Shown here in pieces: positions 33,201-45,810 of a stretch of 64,000 bases of DNA. The first letter of the stretch is position 1. Every line of letters starts with the position of its first letter. The notes beneath the pieces are model-generated. The model made no database searches. It was not told where the DNA came from and saw only the letters and a list, made by a program, of their open reading frames with translations. This stretch comes from Lama guanicoe. Its lineage: Eukaryota. The stretch spans positions 755,190 to 819,189 of the forward strand of contig MU053334.1 in NCBI GenBank assembly GCA_013239625.1, written 5' to 3'. The position numbers and the translations under genes were made by a program.

Positions 33201-34429
33201 CCACCGGGACATTTCTTAATGCTTCTTTCTGGGCAAAAGGATTAGCAGGGTTCACTTATTTTTTGTTGATGCTCAATTCTGTGTTCCACATAATGGCATA
33301 CGGTAAACATGTATCCATGGCGTTACGTTTTTCGCAACCTGATTCTTTTTTCAGTCAAGGCATAGTTGATAGAATGCACATTCAGCCACGTGTTCAAGCA
33401 GTGGATTTTGACAACTGTCACCGCCCATAACAAGTGCTCTAGAAAGTTCCCTCACAACCCTTGCAGGCAGACCCCCCTCACCTCTGAGCTATCACCATCA
33501 GTGCTGTTGCCTGTTCTTGAACTTCACAGACATGGGAACGTGCTGTGTGGATTCCTTTGTGTCTGACTCCTCTCACTCCAGGAGGTACTTCTGAGGCTCA
33601 TTCTCATTCCTGTTTCCCACAACCTGGTGATAAATGTCTGTGTGAGTGGTGTTTTGTGGACGTATGGTGATATGTGAACCACTTCTCCATTTTTATATAT
33701 TAGATTATTTCCATATCTCAGCTATTAAAACCAGCAGTGAGTAGGTTCCTTCTATATGCTTTTAATACCACATTTCAGATTATTTTCTTTCTGAGTATGA
33801 CATTTAAAAAATGGACAAATAAACACAGAGAATGACAGAACAGACACCTGGCTCCTTACAGCCAGACCTGTCAGCCCTTTCCCAGTTTGCTTCAGGTTAG
33901 AAAACAACAGTACAGATGGGGGCAGTGCTCCCGGTGCCTCCCCTGCCTCCCTGTTCGGAGGCAGCCTCCGCGGAAGGTGGCGGCCATCTTCCCGGCTGGC
34001 TGTGTGTGTGAGTCTGTGTACGCCACGTTGTATTGTCTCATGCGCTTTAAAATATTCGTATGAGTATCATAGGAGCGGTTCTCCTTCAATTTGCTTTTTT
34101 TTTTTCACATCTCAGTCCGCTCATCCTTGCTGATGCAGGTGAGCCTAGTTTATGCACTGGGGCTGCTGTACAGGTTTCCATGGCATGAACAGATCTCCTC
34201 TGCGCCCTTTAGCTTGTTTTCCTGCACGTGGCAGTGCCGCGAGGGACGTTATAGTAGCTATCTCCTGGCGCCTTGAGACCCCGGCCAGCTGTGTCAGCGT
34301 TGCCTGCAAGCGGGTTACAGGTGCAGACTCTCAGCTCCCACCCCAAGCCTGCTGAGCTGCAATCTGTGTTTTAACAACGCCAGGAGATTCGTATGCACCT
34401 GTCGTTTTTCGCTTTTCTTTTTTTGCATC

Positions 34430-35130
34430 GTTTTATTTAATTTTTATGATTATTATGTAGTGAAATTGACTTTTTGTTGACTTTCTATATGTGTAAAATC
34501 TATATAACATAAACTTTACCATCCTAGCCATTTTTAAGTGCAGCCCTAAGCACATTCACACTGTTGTGCAACCATGACACCATCCACGTCCAGAACTTTC
34601 CATCTTCCCAAGCTGACTCTCTGTCCCATTGAACACTCAGTCCCTCCCCCCTCCCCCAGGCCCTGGCCCCTCAACCTACTTTCTATCTCAATGGAATTGA
34701 CCCCTCTAGGGACCTTATATGAGTGCGATCCGACAGGATTTGTTCTTTTTTGCCTGGCTCATTGCACTTAAGGCAATGTTTTCAAGATTCATCCACGTGG
34801 TAGCACATGTCAGAATTTCATTCTTTCTTATGATTGAATAATAGCTCATTGTATGGATGGACCGCATTGTGTATCCAATCACCAGTCAGACGCCTGGGTT
34901 ATTGCTTTTAGCTACTGCGAATAATGCTGCTAGGAACACGGGTGTGCAATTATTTGAAACCGTACTTTGAGTTATTTAGGGGAGACACCCAGAAGTGAAA
35001 TTACTGGATCATATGATGACTTTAACTTGTGTTTAACTTTTGAAGAACCACCAAACTGTCACAGCACTGCATCGTTTTGTGTTCCCAACAGCAGTTCCTT
35101 AGGGTTCAAATTTCTCAACATTCTTGGCAA
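34430..35130 (-). mobile_element. Older LINE-1 (L1M) 3' region
   Basis: taacataaactttaccatcctagccatttttaagtg..cacattcacactgttgtgcaacc..ccagaactttccatcttccca. Confidence 0.75.
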
Positions 35131-35519
35131 AATGGACTCTTTTGAATTCTAACCCATGTGTAGTTCTGTGCCTTTTAACACATGTACAGATTCGTGTATT
35201 GTCATCATACTTAGGACACAGAACAGCGCTACCACCCCAAGACTCTCCCTGGAGCTATTCCTTCATGGTGATGCCCCTCCTGCTGGCCTGTCTCCATCAC
35301 CGGGACCTTTGTCTTTTGAGATTGTGGTGGGGATGGAGTCATGGAGGAGGCGAGCTTCCGAGTCTCACGTGCCCAGGCAGCTCCTCCGGACTGTTTCATA
35401 TAACAGCAGGTCATCCCTCTGTGCTGCTGGGAAGTACTCAATGGCATGTTTAAACCAAAGTTTACTCTTGCTGAAGAACATTTGGGTTGTTTTCAGTTTT
35501 TTTTAAGCACTTTTTTTTT

Positions 35520-35674
35520 TACAATTTCACATTAAAATTTTTTTGTTGTTGTTGAGGGGAGGTAATTAGGTTCTTATTTATTTTTAATGGAGGTACTGGG
35601 AATTGAACCTGGGACCTTAATGCAAGCTAAGCACACGCTCTACCACCTGAGCTATACACCCCGCCCTCCCCCCA
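35520..35674 (-). mobile_element. tRNA-derived SINE (Vic-1-like)
   Basis: ggaggtactgggaattgaacctgggacct..gctaagcacacgctctaccacctgagctata. Confidence 0.85.
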
Positions 35675-36539
35675 TTTTCAGTTTTTGGAGATGACAAATG
35701 AAGCCACTGTAAACATTCGTGTGCATCACAGCCTCCTGGGACAGAGGACCTCTGGCTGCTAACGGGAAGGTGGTGGACTGTTCCTTGTGGGGGCAGATCT
35801 AGACAACCCATGAGGGCGAGGGCTGGTTGTTCCCAGTGACGGGCTCTTCCTCGGGCTGTTTGTCTGTCCCCAGGGTGGCCAGTCCAGAGCAGCCACAGCC
35901 CTCAGGCTTGGGACAGCTCTCCCCACACTGTCCATGGATTCTCCTAGCCTCAGGGATGTCTCCTGGGTTGGCCACACTGCTGTTGCTCAGACAGAAACCC
36001 GACAGCGCCTGCAGAGTGGATAGTGGGAGATGCCTGGCGGTGCCACCGCCCACGGGGGAGTACGACCTTTGCCAGCCCCTGGGCATCCGGACCAGTCCGT
36101 CGGCCCAGGTGGCTTGTTCCCTCCTCCGCTGCTCTCCAGGTCTGCATCTTGGTCCTCTCTGCAGGGTCAGTGCCCTTGGGGATGGTCCTGCTCGTGGCTG
36201 TCGGGACAGGGTGTGGGTGTGCTTTCTCTGCGGGGGCCTCGGGGTGCTCCTGGTCCTGATGTCACAGGAGAGCCAGCAACAGTCAGGTGGCACTCGAGGG
36301 CTTCTTTAAATCCTTCTTGCCACTCAGCCTCCAACCAGGTACTCAACTCTCCATTAACAGGGAGCACAGTGAGGGGCCACTTACTCACCGCCCCGCCCAC
36401 CGCTCACTGCCGGCCGCTGGAAATCTCACAGGAGGCTGTTAACTGTATTTCCTTCTGTTTCTGGTTTCTGCGGAGCTTTTTTTTTTTAAATCATGAATAG
36501 GCGTTGATTGTTTTAAACGTGTGTGTCTGGTTTTTTCCC

Positions 36540-36636
36540 CCCTCGGGGGTAGTTATTTATTTATTTCTTAAAAAATTTTAAACGGAGGTACCGGAGACGG
36601 AACGCAGGACACGCGCCTGCCGCTGAGCTGCGCCCT
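36540..36636 (-). mobile_element. Degenerate, GC-shifted copy of the same SINE
   Basis: ggggtagttatttatttat..aacggaggtaccggagacggaacgcaggac..gccgctgagctgcgccc aligns to the other copies. Confidence 0.65.
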
Positions 36637-36998
36637 TGGCCCGCGTTGGGCTCGCAACATGCTTTCTCCGCACCTACCGGGGTGATCCTATGCGGCTTCT
36701 CCTTTATTCGGTATGTGTGATGAGCTGAGTTGATCAAACTTGGGACATCAAGTCAACCTGTCATTGCTGGTTGTGACATAATAACCCTTTCCTATAACTG
36801 AGTCTTGTTGGACGTTTGCGTATGTCTGCGAGACGTTTCGGCATGTCGTGTTTTCTTGTTTTATCTACAGATTGGGTGTCAAGTGCATGCTGGCTTCATG
36901 AAGTAAGTTGGGTAGCCTTACCTCTTCTCTCATCTCCGAAAGAGTTTGTGAAAGATTTGTGTGTCGGTTTCTCGTTGTTGTTGTTAAACGTGACCACA

Positions 36999-37122
36999 GG
37001 GGTGGGGAGGGTAGAGCTCAGTGGTGGAGTGCGTGCTTAGCACGCACAAGGCCCTGGGTTCAATCCCCAGGACGCTATTAAATCAGTAAACCTAATTACC
37101 TGCTCCCCACCCCCCAAAAAAG
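36999..37122 (+). mobile_element. tRNA-derived SINE (Vic-1-like)
   Basis: ggggagggtagagctcagtggtggagtgcgtgcttagcacgcacaaggccctgggttcaatcccc..aaacctaattacc. Confidence 0.88.
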
Positions 37123-37229
37123 GCAATCTACGAATGGGAGAAATCTTCACCGCTGAAGAAACAAAATCTGTGTTAGGAGTAAACAAACTGGTGCCCATGG
37201 AGCAAATCTAGCCCTCTGCCCAAGTGAAA

Positions 37230-37665
37230 AAGAGTGACCACAAATTCAGTGGCTTAAAACAACACACATTTGTCACCTGGTAGTTCCTAAGTACCCAATA
37301 GGTCTTACAGCCTGAAATCAGGCCGTGTTCACAGCCGAGTGGGGTTTCTTCTGGAGGCGCTGGGGAGGACCCGTTCCTGGCCTCGAGCAGATTGTACACG
37401 CCAGCTGCATTCCGGGGTCACGGCCCCTTCCTCCATCTCCAGACACATCACTCCACGCTCAGCGTTTCCTCAGCGTCTCGTTGCGTCTCCTTCTCTGATT
37501 TGGACCCTCCTGCCTCCCACGTAATAAGGATGATTGTGACAACAGTGGGCCTGCCTTGACAGCCCAGGACAGTCTCCTCGTTTCAAGGTCCTCGACTAAG
37601 CCATGTCTTAAAGCCTCCGTTATTCACTGGTTCTGAGGGTTAGGATGTGGGCAGCTTTGGGTGTC
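37230..37665 (-). mobile_element. MaLR LTR (MLT1-type)
   Basis: accacaaattcagtggcttaaaacaacacacattt...ggttctgagggttaggatgtgg. Confidence 0.75.
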
Positions 37666-37689
37666 TGCTCTCCCTTCTCCCACCATTGG

Positions 37690-40100
37690 CACTACCGCTC
37701 CCTTAAGTGCCTGGAAGTGTTCACTCTCGGAGACATTGGCCCTCTGCTTTCTTTGTGGGAAAGTTTTCCATTACAGACTCAATTTCTTTGACAGAGAAAG
37801 GACTCGTCACACGTTCTGTTTCTTCTGATGTCAGTTGCGATGAACTTGTGTTTTTCAGGGAATTCACGTATTTCATCTAAAGCTTGAAGTTATTCGTGTA
37901 GATTTGTCCTCACACCTAGTTATGGTTTTATTGTGTGCAGAGTATGTCATAGTGTCCCCTTTGCATTTCTTTTAGTTGTGATTTACCTTTTCCTCTGTTT
38001 TCTGGATCAGCATTGCTAGTGGTTTGTGCATTTTATTAATCTTTATGAAGAGCAAACGACTTGGCGATGTTAATTTTCTCTGTTTTACATCTGATTCCGT
38101 TCATTGATTTCTGCTCCCACTTTTATTATTTCCTTTCTTCTCCTTTATTTGAATTCAGTTTGCTTTTCTTTTTCCAGCTCCTTGAGATGGAAGTTTAGAC
38201 AGCTGATTTTCACCTGCTCTCCTTTTCTAATACACGTGTTTTGAGCTGTAGCCTTTTCTCTAAGCACAATGTAGCCGAAGCCAGCAGACTTTGATGTCAT
38301 ATTTACATTGTAAGGCAGTCCAAAATATATCTCAATTTCCACTGGGATTTCTTAGACTTCTGGGTTATATTGAAGTCTCTGACTTAATTTTCGTACATGT
38401 GGGGATTACAGTGAGCTGTCTTTCTCTTACTGAGTCCAAGTTTGACTCCTCTCTGTGAAAGGACATACTCTGTAAGATTTCAATATACATCAATTAGGCA
38501 AGTTGGCTCCTTATGTTGTTCGGGTCGCCTGTATCTTTGCTGACTTTTTATCTCCTTGTTATATCACTTACTGAGAGAGAGTTATTAAAATTCTCAATTC
38601 TGTTTGTGAATTTGTGTACCACTTCTCTTGGTTTTGTCAACATCTGCTTTATGTGTTTGGCAGCTTTGTTATTTGGTGCATAGAAACTGAGGGTCCTTTT
38701 CCTTTTGATCGCATGGCTCTTCCAGCATCGTTGGCTGTTCTTTGTTGTCTCTGATAAGTTTCGTCTTAAAGTCTGTATTACCTGATATTAATATAGCTAC
38801 ACTAGCTTTTTTAGAAAATAAAATTAGTGTTTATAGGATATATCTTTCCCATCTTTTCACTTTCTTCCTTTCTGGGTCCTGATGTTTAAAGCGTATCTTT
38901 TGTAAGTAGTGTGTGGTCGAGTGTCCTTTTAATGTCCCTGCCTGACAGTTGCCTTTTATTGGACTGTTCAGAGTACTAGCATCTACTGTGGTTGCCAACC
39001 TTGTTGGGCTTAAATGGCTGTTTTTATGTTGTATTTCTCTCATCTCTTCTTCCTTTATTCCTCCTTTTCTGTCTTCTTTCGGATTCATCAAATATTTTCT
39101 ATTCAGCTTATCTCTTCTATTGGCTTTTGAGCTATATATTCATATATTATTTCTTAATGGCTATCCTAGAGATTACATTTTACTTTCTTGAAGTCTCATG
39201 ACTTCCTGAACAAGGAGAGAACCTCACCTTTTAATTCCATGTGTTTAATTTCATGTGTTTGCTTATATTTTACGTCTGTGAATGTTAACGATCTTACTGG
39301 ACATTAATGTACTGTTTTAGGCAGTTAATTTTCTTTTGTTCTTACCAGCCTATTTAGCCTCTCCATCGCGCTTTACTCACTCCTGAGGTTCACTCCCGTA
39401 CAGCTACTTTCCTCCAGCTCGAAGAGCTTCCTTTAGTGTTTCTTGTGGTGGAGATCTTTCAGCTGAAGACAGCTATATTCCACTTACATTTTGAAGGTGA
39501 TTTTCATTAGGCATAAAATTCCACATTGGCAGTTTTCCCTTTCAGCCCTGAAAAATGTCTTTCCATTTTCTTCTGGATTCCATCATTTCTGTTAAAAAGT
39601 CCACCGTCATTCTTACAATTGCTCCTTCAGAGATAATGTGTCCTTGTCCTCCTGTTGCTTTTACAATTTTTAAAAATTGACCTTTTGTGCTTGAAAGGTG
39701 CCCTGTGGTTAGCCCCTGTGTGATTTTCTATTTATTTACTCTGCTGTGAGTGTGCTGAGCCTCTTGAATCTGTAGGCTCATGGTTTTCATGAATTCTGGA
39801 AAAATATACCATTATACTATGTCTTCAACATAGCCCTTGCTCCATTATTCCTCCCTTCTCTCTCTGGGAGTTCAGAAATGTGTTTTAAACTATGTTTTGC
39901 ATTTCTCATGCTCCATTCTATTTTTATTTTCAACATTTTTTCTTTCTGTGTTTCAATTAGCGTATTTTCTATTTATATATCTTTGAGTTCTCTGAACTTA
40001 TTTTTTGTTGTTAAATTTGTCCCATGAGTCATGAATTTTAGGCATTTCCACATAGTGCATTTTTCAATATTAGAATGTCCATTAACATTTAAAAGTATAT
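37690..40100 (-). mobile_element. Ancient LINE-1 ORF2 remnant
   Basis: T-rich plus strand with L1 antisense motifs (gatattaatatagctacactagcttt, atatctttcccatcttttcactttc); no intact ORF. Confidence 0.7.
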
Positions 40101-40944
40101 TCTATATTTTGGTCTGGCTGCTTCAGTAAAGACAATGCTCTGCTCATCACTGAGCCAGGAGTGTGTGCAGAAATTACCCAGGCCCCCATCTCACCATGTC
40201 CCACCTCACACAGCTGCTTTACCGTTTATAGGGAAGGTGCTATTAACTGCCCGTTTCACAGATGTGGACACTGAGGTTCTAGGAGAAAAAGTGATTTGCT
40301 CAAAGCTGCTCAGATAGTTGGCTGTAGAAAACACACACAAAGTACTTGGGGGATGGGGAGCAGGCCAGCACTCTCTGGGGACACTCTGGGAAACTTGGAC
40401 AGGTGGGCTGTGAGCAGGTCCAGGGATGAGTGTAGCCACAGGTGATATTCCGATGTGCACCCCCTCCCACCCCACCAGAGGACTAGAGACAGACAAATGT
40501 ACCAACACAGAAATAGGGTTCTGGGTGAGTGGCTTTATTAGACACTTAAAGGACAGAGAGATCTGAGCAACTAGCGACCAAGAAGGAGCAGAGCTGAGGG
40601 AACGTGTGCTGTCTGCTCAGAAGTCCTTACTGGAGCAGGTGCCAGGTGGGCAGGGCTTGGGACAGGCCTTTGCTGCAGGTGATTCAGGAAGGTCTCCAGA
40701 TGCCGAGAAGGGGGCTCTGGAAGTCATTCTTGGACACAAGTGCCTGAAGCATTTCTTAGCAAAAGGTCAAATAGGAAAAATTGTACTTGGCAAGAGAGGA
40801 GGATTCAAAACAGGGAAGTTGGGTAGGGAAGGAGAGTCTGCTTCAGAGGGGGTCGGGAATAGGCAGATGGTGACTGTGCTGGAGCCCATGACCCCTGACC
40901 AGGGATGGCACTGGCTTCAGTAAGAATCCCTGCAAAACTGATAA

Positions 40945-41310
40945 TCAGATCTTGCGCTGGCAGCAAACGGGGACACAGCAGCTGGACTGGGAGCAGCAGG
41001 GTTTGCAGCAGCTGGACTGGCAGCAAACGGGGACACAGCAGCTGGACTGGGAGCAGCCACAGGAGCCACAGCCCCCTTTGCCACAGCTGGAGCAGGAGCA
41101 GGTGGGCACACAGCAGCACACGGGCACACAGCAGCTGGAGCCACAGCCCCCCTTGCAGCCCCCGCAGGAGCCACAGTCCCCCTTGCCACAGCTGGAGCAG
41201 GAGCCACAGCCCCCCTTGCCACAGCTGGAGCAGGAGCAGGCGGGCACACAGCGGCACACGGGCACACAGCAGCTGGAGCCACAGCCCCCGGAACAGCCAC
41301 AGTGACTCAT
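40945..41310 (-). CDS. KRTAP5: Keratin-associated protein 5 family member (ultra-high-sulfur), 121 aa, intronless
   Basis: [19 protein letters not shown]...CGKGGCGSC...[27 protein letters not shown] start; TATAAA at 41402-41407; AATAAA at 40534-40539. Paralogue number cannot be assigned. Confidence 0.95.
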   Translation of the reverse strand: MSHCGCSGGCGSSCCVPVCRCVPACSCSSCGKGGCGSCSSCGKGDCGSCGGCKGGCGSSCCVPVCCCVPTCSCSSCGKGGCGSCGCSQSSCCVPVCCQSSCCKPCCSQSSCCVPVCCQRKI

Positions 41311-43409
41311 GGTTCTGGTGGGTGGAGAGTGGAGGAGGTCAGAGGAGCAGGTGAAGAGAGAGGGGAGGTGTTCAGATGTGGAGCCTCCAGGGCCAGGGGC
41401 ATTTATACCCCTGCCAGGGTCAGGTGAGATGCTGGGCGCAGGGTCACTTCCTCGTGACTGTTGATACTGTTTGTCTAAGCCCTGCTTTTTCCCTATGCTT
41501 GTGCCTTCCCCCTGGCTCAGGTGAGCATCCACTTTCTGTATTTCCTATTTGTCCTCTTCCCCTTTGTTTTGGCCCCGTTACCAGGACCTCAGCTCCAGGC
41601 TCCCGGTGCTTCCTCCCAGGTGCTGGTCACACGGCTTCTCTGCTGACCTCAGGGGACCTCTGGATGACAGAGTCCACCCAGGTGCTCTTCCCTTTGCTGT
41701 GCTGGCTTCTCCATGACAGTGTTAACCTTACTTGTGTACAGTTTAAAAGTCATCCATGGTGTCTACTGGAGACAATAAGAAACGAGAGAAGAAAGCAGAT
41801 TACCCACAATCCTGTCCGCTGGAGATGGCACTGTGGTTGACTTCCCTCTGAAGGAGTACGTGTGTCTGTGTTCAGGTTGCCTCACTTCACCCAGGCCTTT
41901 GTCAGCTTTTTGGGGATCTCCTTTTCTTTAGTACCCAAATAAGGAGGATCTAGTCCCTATCCCGGTGTTCAGAAGAAACCCCCCCCCATCCTTGAGTAGT
42001 TCTTAAATCCTGACGAATGCCTCTGGTTCCTGCTCTTCTCTTCCCCCTTCTCCACTCAGACCACCCCCTCCTCCTGAGGCTGCTGCTTCCAGCTGCTGGT
42101 CCACCTCCCTCCTCAGCCTTGCTCCGTGGAAGAAACCAGGTTCCTCTCTAATCACCAAGCCATTGCTGATTCAGGCCACTTCGTTGAAGGGATGGTTCTA
42201 AGCTTGGAAGAGGGGATAAGAGGATTACTTTACTGAAAAGGAGAACTTAAGCTTGCATTCCAGGTGTTGCTGCTCCTGAATCCTCTTGGGCACCGGGTCC
42301 CACTGGACGCCTTCCTCCTCAGCCCTCCACCCACTGCCTTTTTGGCTGGACCTCCTCCCTTTTGCATGAGAAGTCTCCTCCTTTTCTTCCATGTTTCTTT
42401 CAGTCTCCACCTCTGAGGCTTGTCCTGACAGGGGATCCTCCAAATTAGCAAAGTATACGATGACCTTGGCAGAGATGCACCCTTCTACTCGTGAAGTTAG
42501 CCTTTCCCTTGATTACACGGTGAAGTTAACGCACCGGTCTGCAGCATCTTATCTCAGGGCTTCCTGACACGCGGTCAGATGGTCACCTCTGCATCTGTCC
42601 GTTTGACTAGAGTTCCTGATATTGAACCATCCTCACATGCCTGAAAAAACCCAGCTGGGTCATAGTGTATGTTTATCTTGATACACTGTTGGAGTCTATT
42701 GATTACTATTTAGAAAATTTGCATTGATATTCAGAAGTAAAATTCGGAGGGGATTCTTGGAAGATGACAGGTGACTATGCAGCATCTGCCTTCTACTGCC
42801 AACTTTGATTCCTACCCCTGTGTCTTTCAAGGGCAGCAGGTAGGGATGTCATGGGTGGGGGTCATGGACGAAGTTGCAGGCTCTCCTTGAAACTCTGGGA
42901 TTGATGAGAACTCGGGAAGGAGTTAGAGACGGCCTGAGGAAGGATCAGGACTTAGGGGGTCTGGAGAGGGACTTGGACCACAGAGAGACAGAGAGCAGAG
43001 TGAGAGTCAAGGTTTCCTCACTCCTGTCCCCAGGGAGCCAAGAAAAATGTGGAATGAGTCCTCTGACTTCTGGAAGAACCTTGAAACACGTGGGAGCAGA
43101 GTGGATTCCACCTGATGTCCTGATGGGGGTCTTGTGTTGTGCGATGGTGCACGGGGCCAGAGCCACGGTGCCTTCCACATCCTGTGAGAGTGCAGCCAGT
43201 ACAGATATCCTAGCAGGTGGAGTGGACGCCGTGGGGCAGCAGGAGAGCTCACATCACAGGTGATGTGAGTTGGAGGAATGGGGAGACCGGGCACCAGCTC
43301 CCTGTAAAAAGGAATTTCTAGTGGAGATGAATGACAGTTAGGCAACAATAAAAAGGAGGAGTGGCCAAGGGGAGTCAAATGCAGGCACACACACAGGTTT
43401 AAAAACATT

Positions 43410-45810
43410 CAATAGACTGTATTATTTTTAAAAACGGTTTTAGGTTTACAGAAAAAAATGGAGTGAGAAGGTCAGAGTACTCCCATATACGCCCTTTGCC
43501 CTCACCCTCGCGGTTTCCCACATTTCTAACATTTTGCATTAATGTGGTACATGTGTTACAACAGAGGAGCCAATATTGATGTATTACTATTTAGCCAAAG
43601 TCCATGGTTTACTTCAGAGGTCACTGTGTGCTTTACATTCTGTGGGTTCTGAAAAAAGTTTAATCCCATTTATCCACCATTATGTATCTTACAGAATAAT
43701 AGTCTCACCGCCCTAAACATTCGCTGTGCTCCATTTATTCCTCTCACCTCCTCACACCCCCACCCCCACCCCTCGTCTTTTCATTGTCTCCGTAACTTTG
43801 CCTTTTCCAGAATGCCACGTGGGTGGAATCACACAGTCTGTCAACTATCCAGACGGGCTTCTTTCGCTTCGTAACATGCTTTCACGTTTCCTCCATGTCT
43901 TTTCATGGCTTGATAGCTCTTTTTTTTCTTTTTAAAGCACGGAATAATATTTTGTTGTCTGGATGAACCACGGTCTATTCAGCCACTTGCCAACACAAGA
44001 GCATCTTTGTGGCTTCCAATTTTTGATGATTGTGAATAATACTGCTATGAACATCTATGTGCAGTTTTTTCTGTGGACATGTTTTTCACTCACTTGGGTA
44101 CCAAGGAGTGTGATTACTGAATCACATGGTAAGAGCATGTTTAGTTTTGTAGGAAACTGCCAAACTATCTTCCAAAGTGGCTGCACCATTTTGCACTCAC
44201 ACCAGGGTGCGTGTAGTGGTATCTCATGTCATTTTAATTTGCAGTTCTCGAGGGACATATGATGTGAAGCATCTTTTTGTGTGCTTATGGGCCATCTGAG
44301 CATTCTCTTTGGTGATGTGTACTTCCAGATCCTTTGCCCACTTTTAAATTGAGTTGTTTGTTTCTGTATTGTCGAGTTTTAAGGATTCTTTGTATATTTT
44401 TGATACTAGTCCTGTATCTGATATGTCTTTCGGAAAGTTTTTAACTTTTTCCCCAGGCTTGTTTTTCATCTCTTAACATTTTTTTTTTGCAAAGTAGATA
44501 TTTTTAATTTTAATGAAGTACAGCTTATCAAATTTTTTAAAATTGAAGTGTAGTTGATTTACACTTTTGTGTCAGTTTCTGGTGTATAGCATAACAGTTC
44601 AGGCATACATATACACACATACAGTCTTTTTCACATTCCTTTTCTTTATACGTTACTACAAGGTATTGAATATAGTTCCCTGTGCTGTATATAGTACAAA
44701 CTTAAAAATTTCTGTGGGGGGGAGGGAATTTGGTTTATTTATTTATTTAATGGAAGTCCTGGGGATTGAACCCAGGACCTCGTGCGTGCTAAGCACACAC
44801 TCTACCACTGAGCTGTAATTCTCCCCACTTTGCCTTTGTTCTTTCTTCTCCAAAATGGTTGGGCTCTCTCTCCATTGATTTGGTTCTCTGGTTTCATTCA
44901 TCAGAGTTTTGTAGTTTTCCTCGTATAAACCTTGTACATATTTCATTAGATTTGTATCTAAGTGGTTCACTTTTTCGGGTGCAAAGCTAAGCGTCATTGT
45001 GTTTCACTTGCTGGTGTGAAGGCAGGTGGCTGACTTATTACGTCAGCCTCGCTCACTGTGGCCCTGACGTGACTGCTCGCTCCTTCCAGGGGGTCGTTCT
45101 GGGCTGTTTTTGGTGATTTTGGATTTTCTAACGTGGATGGTCACACCATCCGTGAACAAAGATCATTTTATTTCTTCCCTCCCAATCTGTATACCTTTGA
45201 TTTCTTTTTCTTGTCTTATTGCGTTAGCTAGGACTTCCAGTGTGATGTGGAGAGCAGTGGTGAGAGGGCACGTCTCTGCCTCGTCTCTGATCGTAGTGGG
45301 AAGGCTCGGCATTTCTTATCATGAAGTATGATGTCAGCTGTAGGTCTTTTGTAGATATTTCTTTATCAAGTTGAGGAAGTTCCCCTCTATTTCTAATTTC
45401 CTGGGAGGAAATCACTGGTAATCATAGTCAGTCAGGTGAGTTTGTGGACGTCAGATAAAAGCCCACTGTCAGATTTGCAAACATCTCCCACCATTCTGTG
45501 CTCGCGCTCCACTTTCACAGTGGCATCCGTTGAAGCACAAGCATCTTTGGTTTTGCAGAGGTCCAGTTTACCCACTTTCTTTTGTTGCTTGTGCTTTTGG
45601 CGTCATTTCTAAGAATGCTTTGCCAAATCCAAGGTCACGAAGACTTAAACCTATATTTTCTTCTAAGACTATCATAGTTTTAGCTCTTAAATTTAGGTCT
45701 TGGATCTATTTTTAGCTATTTTTGCATAGGGTGTGAAGTGAGGGCCCAGCTTCATACTTTGGCATGTGGATATCCACTTGTCCCAGGGCCGTTTGTGGAA
45801 AGACTCTTCT
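43410..45810 (-). mobile_element. Fragmented older LINE-1 (3' UTR + ORF2) with younger insertions
   Basis: tttaggtttacagaaaaa; aggaaactgccaaactatcttccaaagtggctgcaccattttgcactc; tttatcaagttgaggaagttcccctctatt. Confidence 0.75.
44715..44827 (-). mobile_element. tRNA-derived SINE (Vic-1-like) abutting a short young L1 3' tail (44535-44705)
   Basis: ggggattgaacccaggacctcgtgcgtgctaagcacacactctaccactgagct. Confidence 0.85.

Noticed and set aside
36999..37075. tRNA gene
   Set aside because: A and B boxes are present, but the element is multi-copy with an AT-rich tail and no acceptor stem; it is a SINE.
40952..41305. Gln/Glu/Pro-rich plus-strand ORFs (also 47649-48041) resembling involucrin/SPRR
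   Set aside because: Antisense shadow of Cys/Gly codon repeats in KRTAP5; no ATG or promoter of their own.
41303..41309. AP-1 site TGAGTCA overlapping both KRTAP5 start codons
   Set aside because: A by-product of Met-Ser-His codons; no independent evidence of function.
41311..41532. N-terminal extension of the KRTAP5 ORFs in the ORF track (also 48047-48181)
   Set aside because: The extension runs through the TATA box; the true start is the ACCATG at 41310 / 48046.
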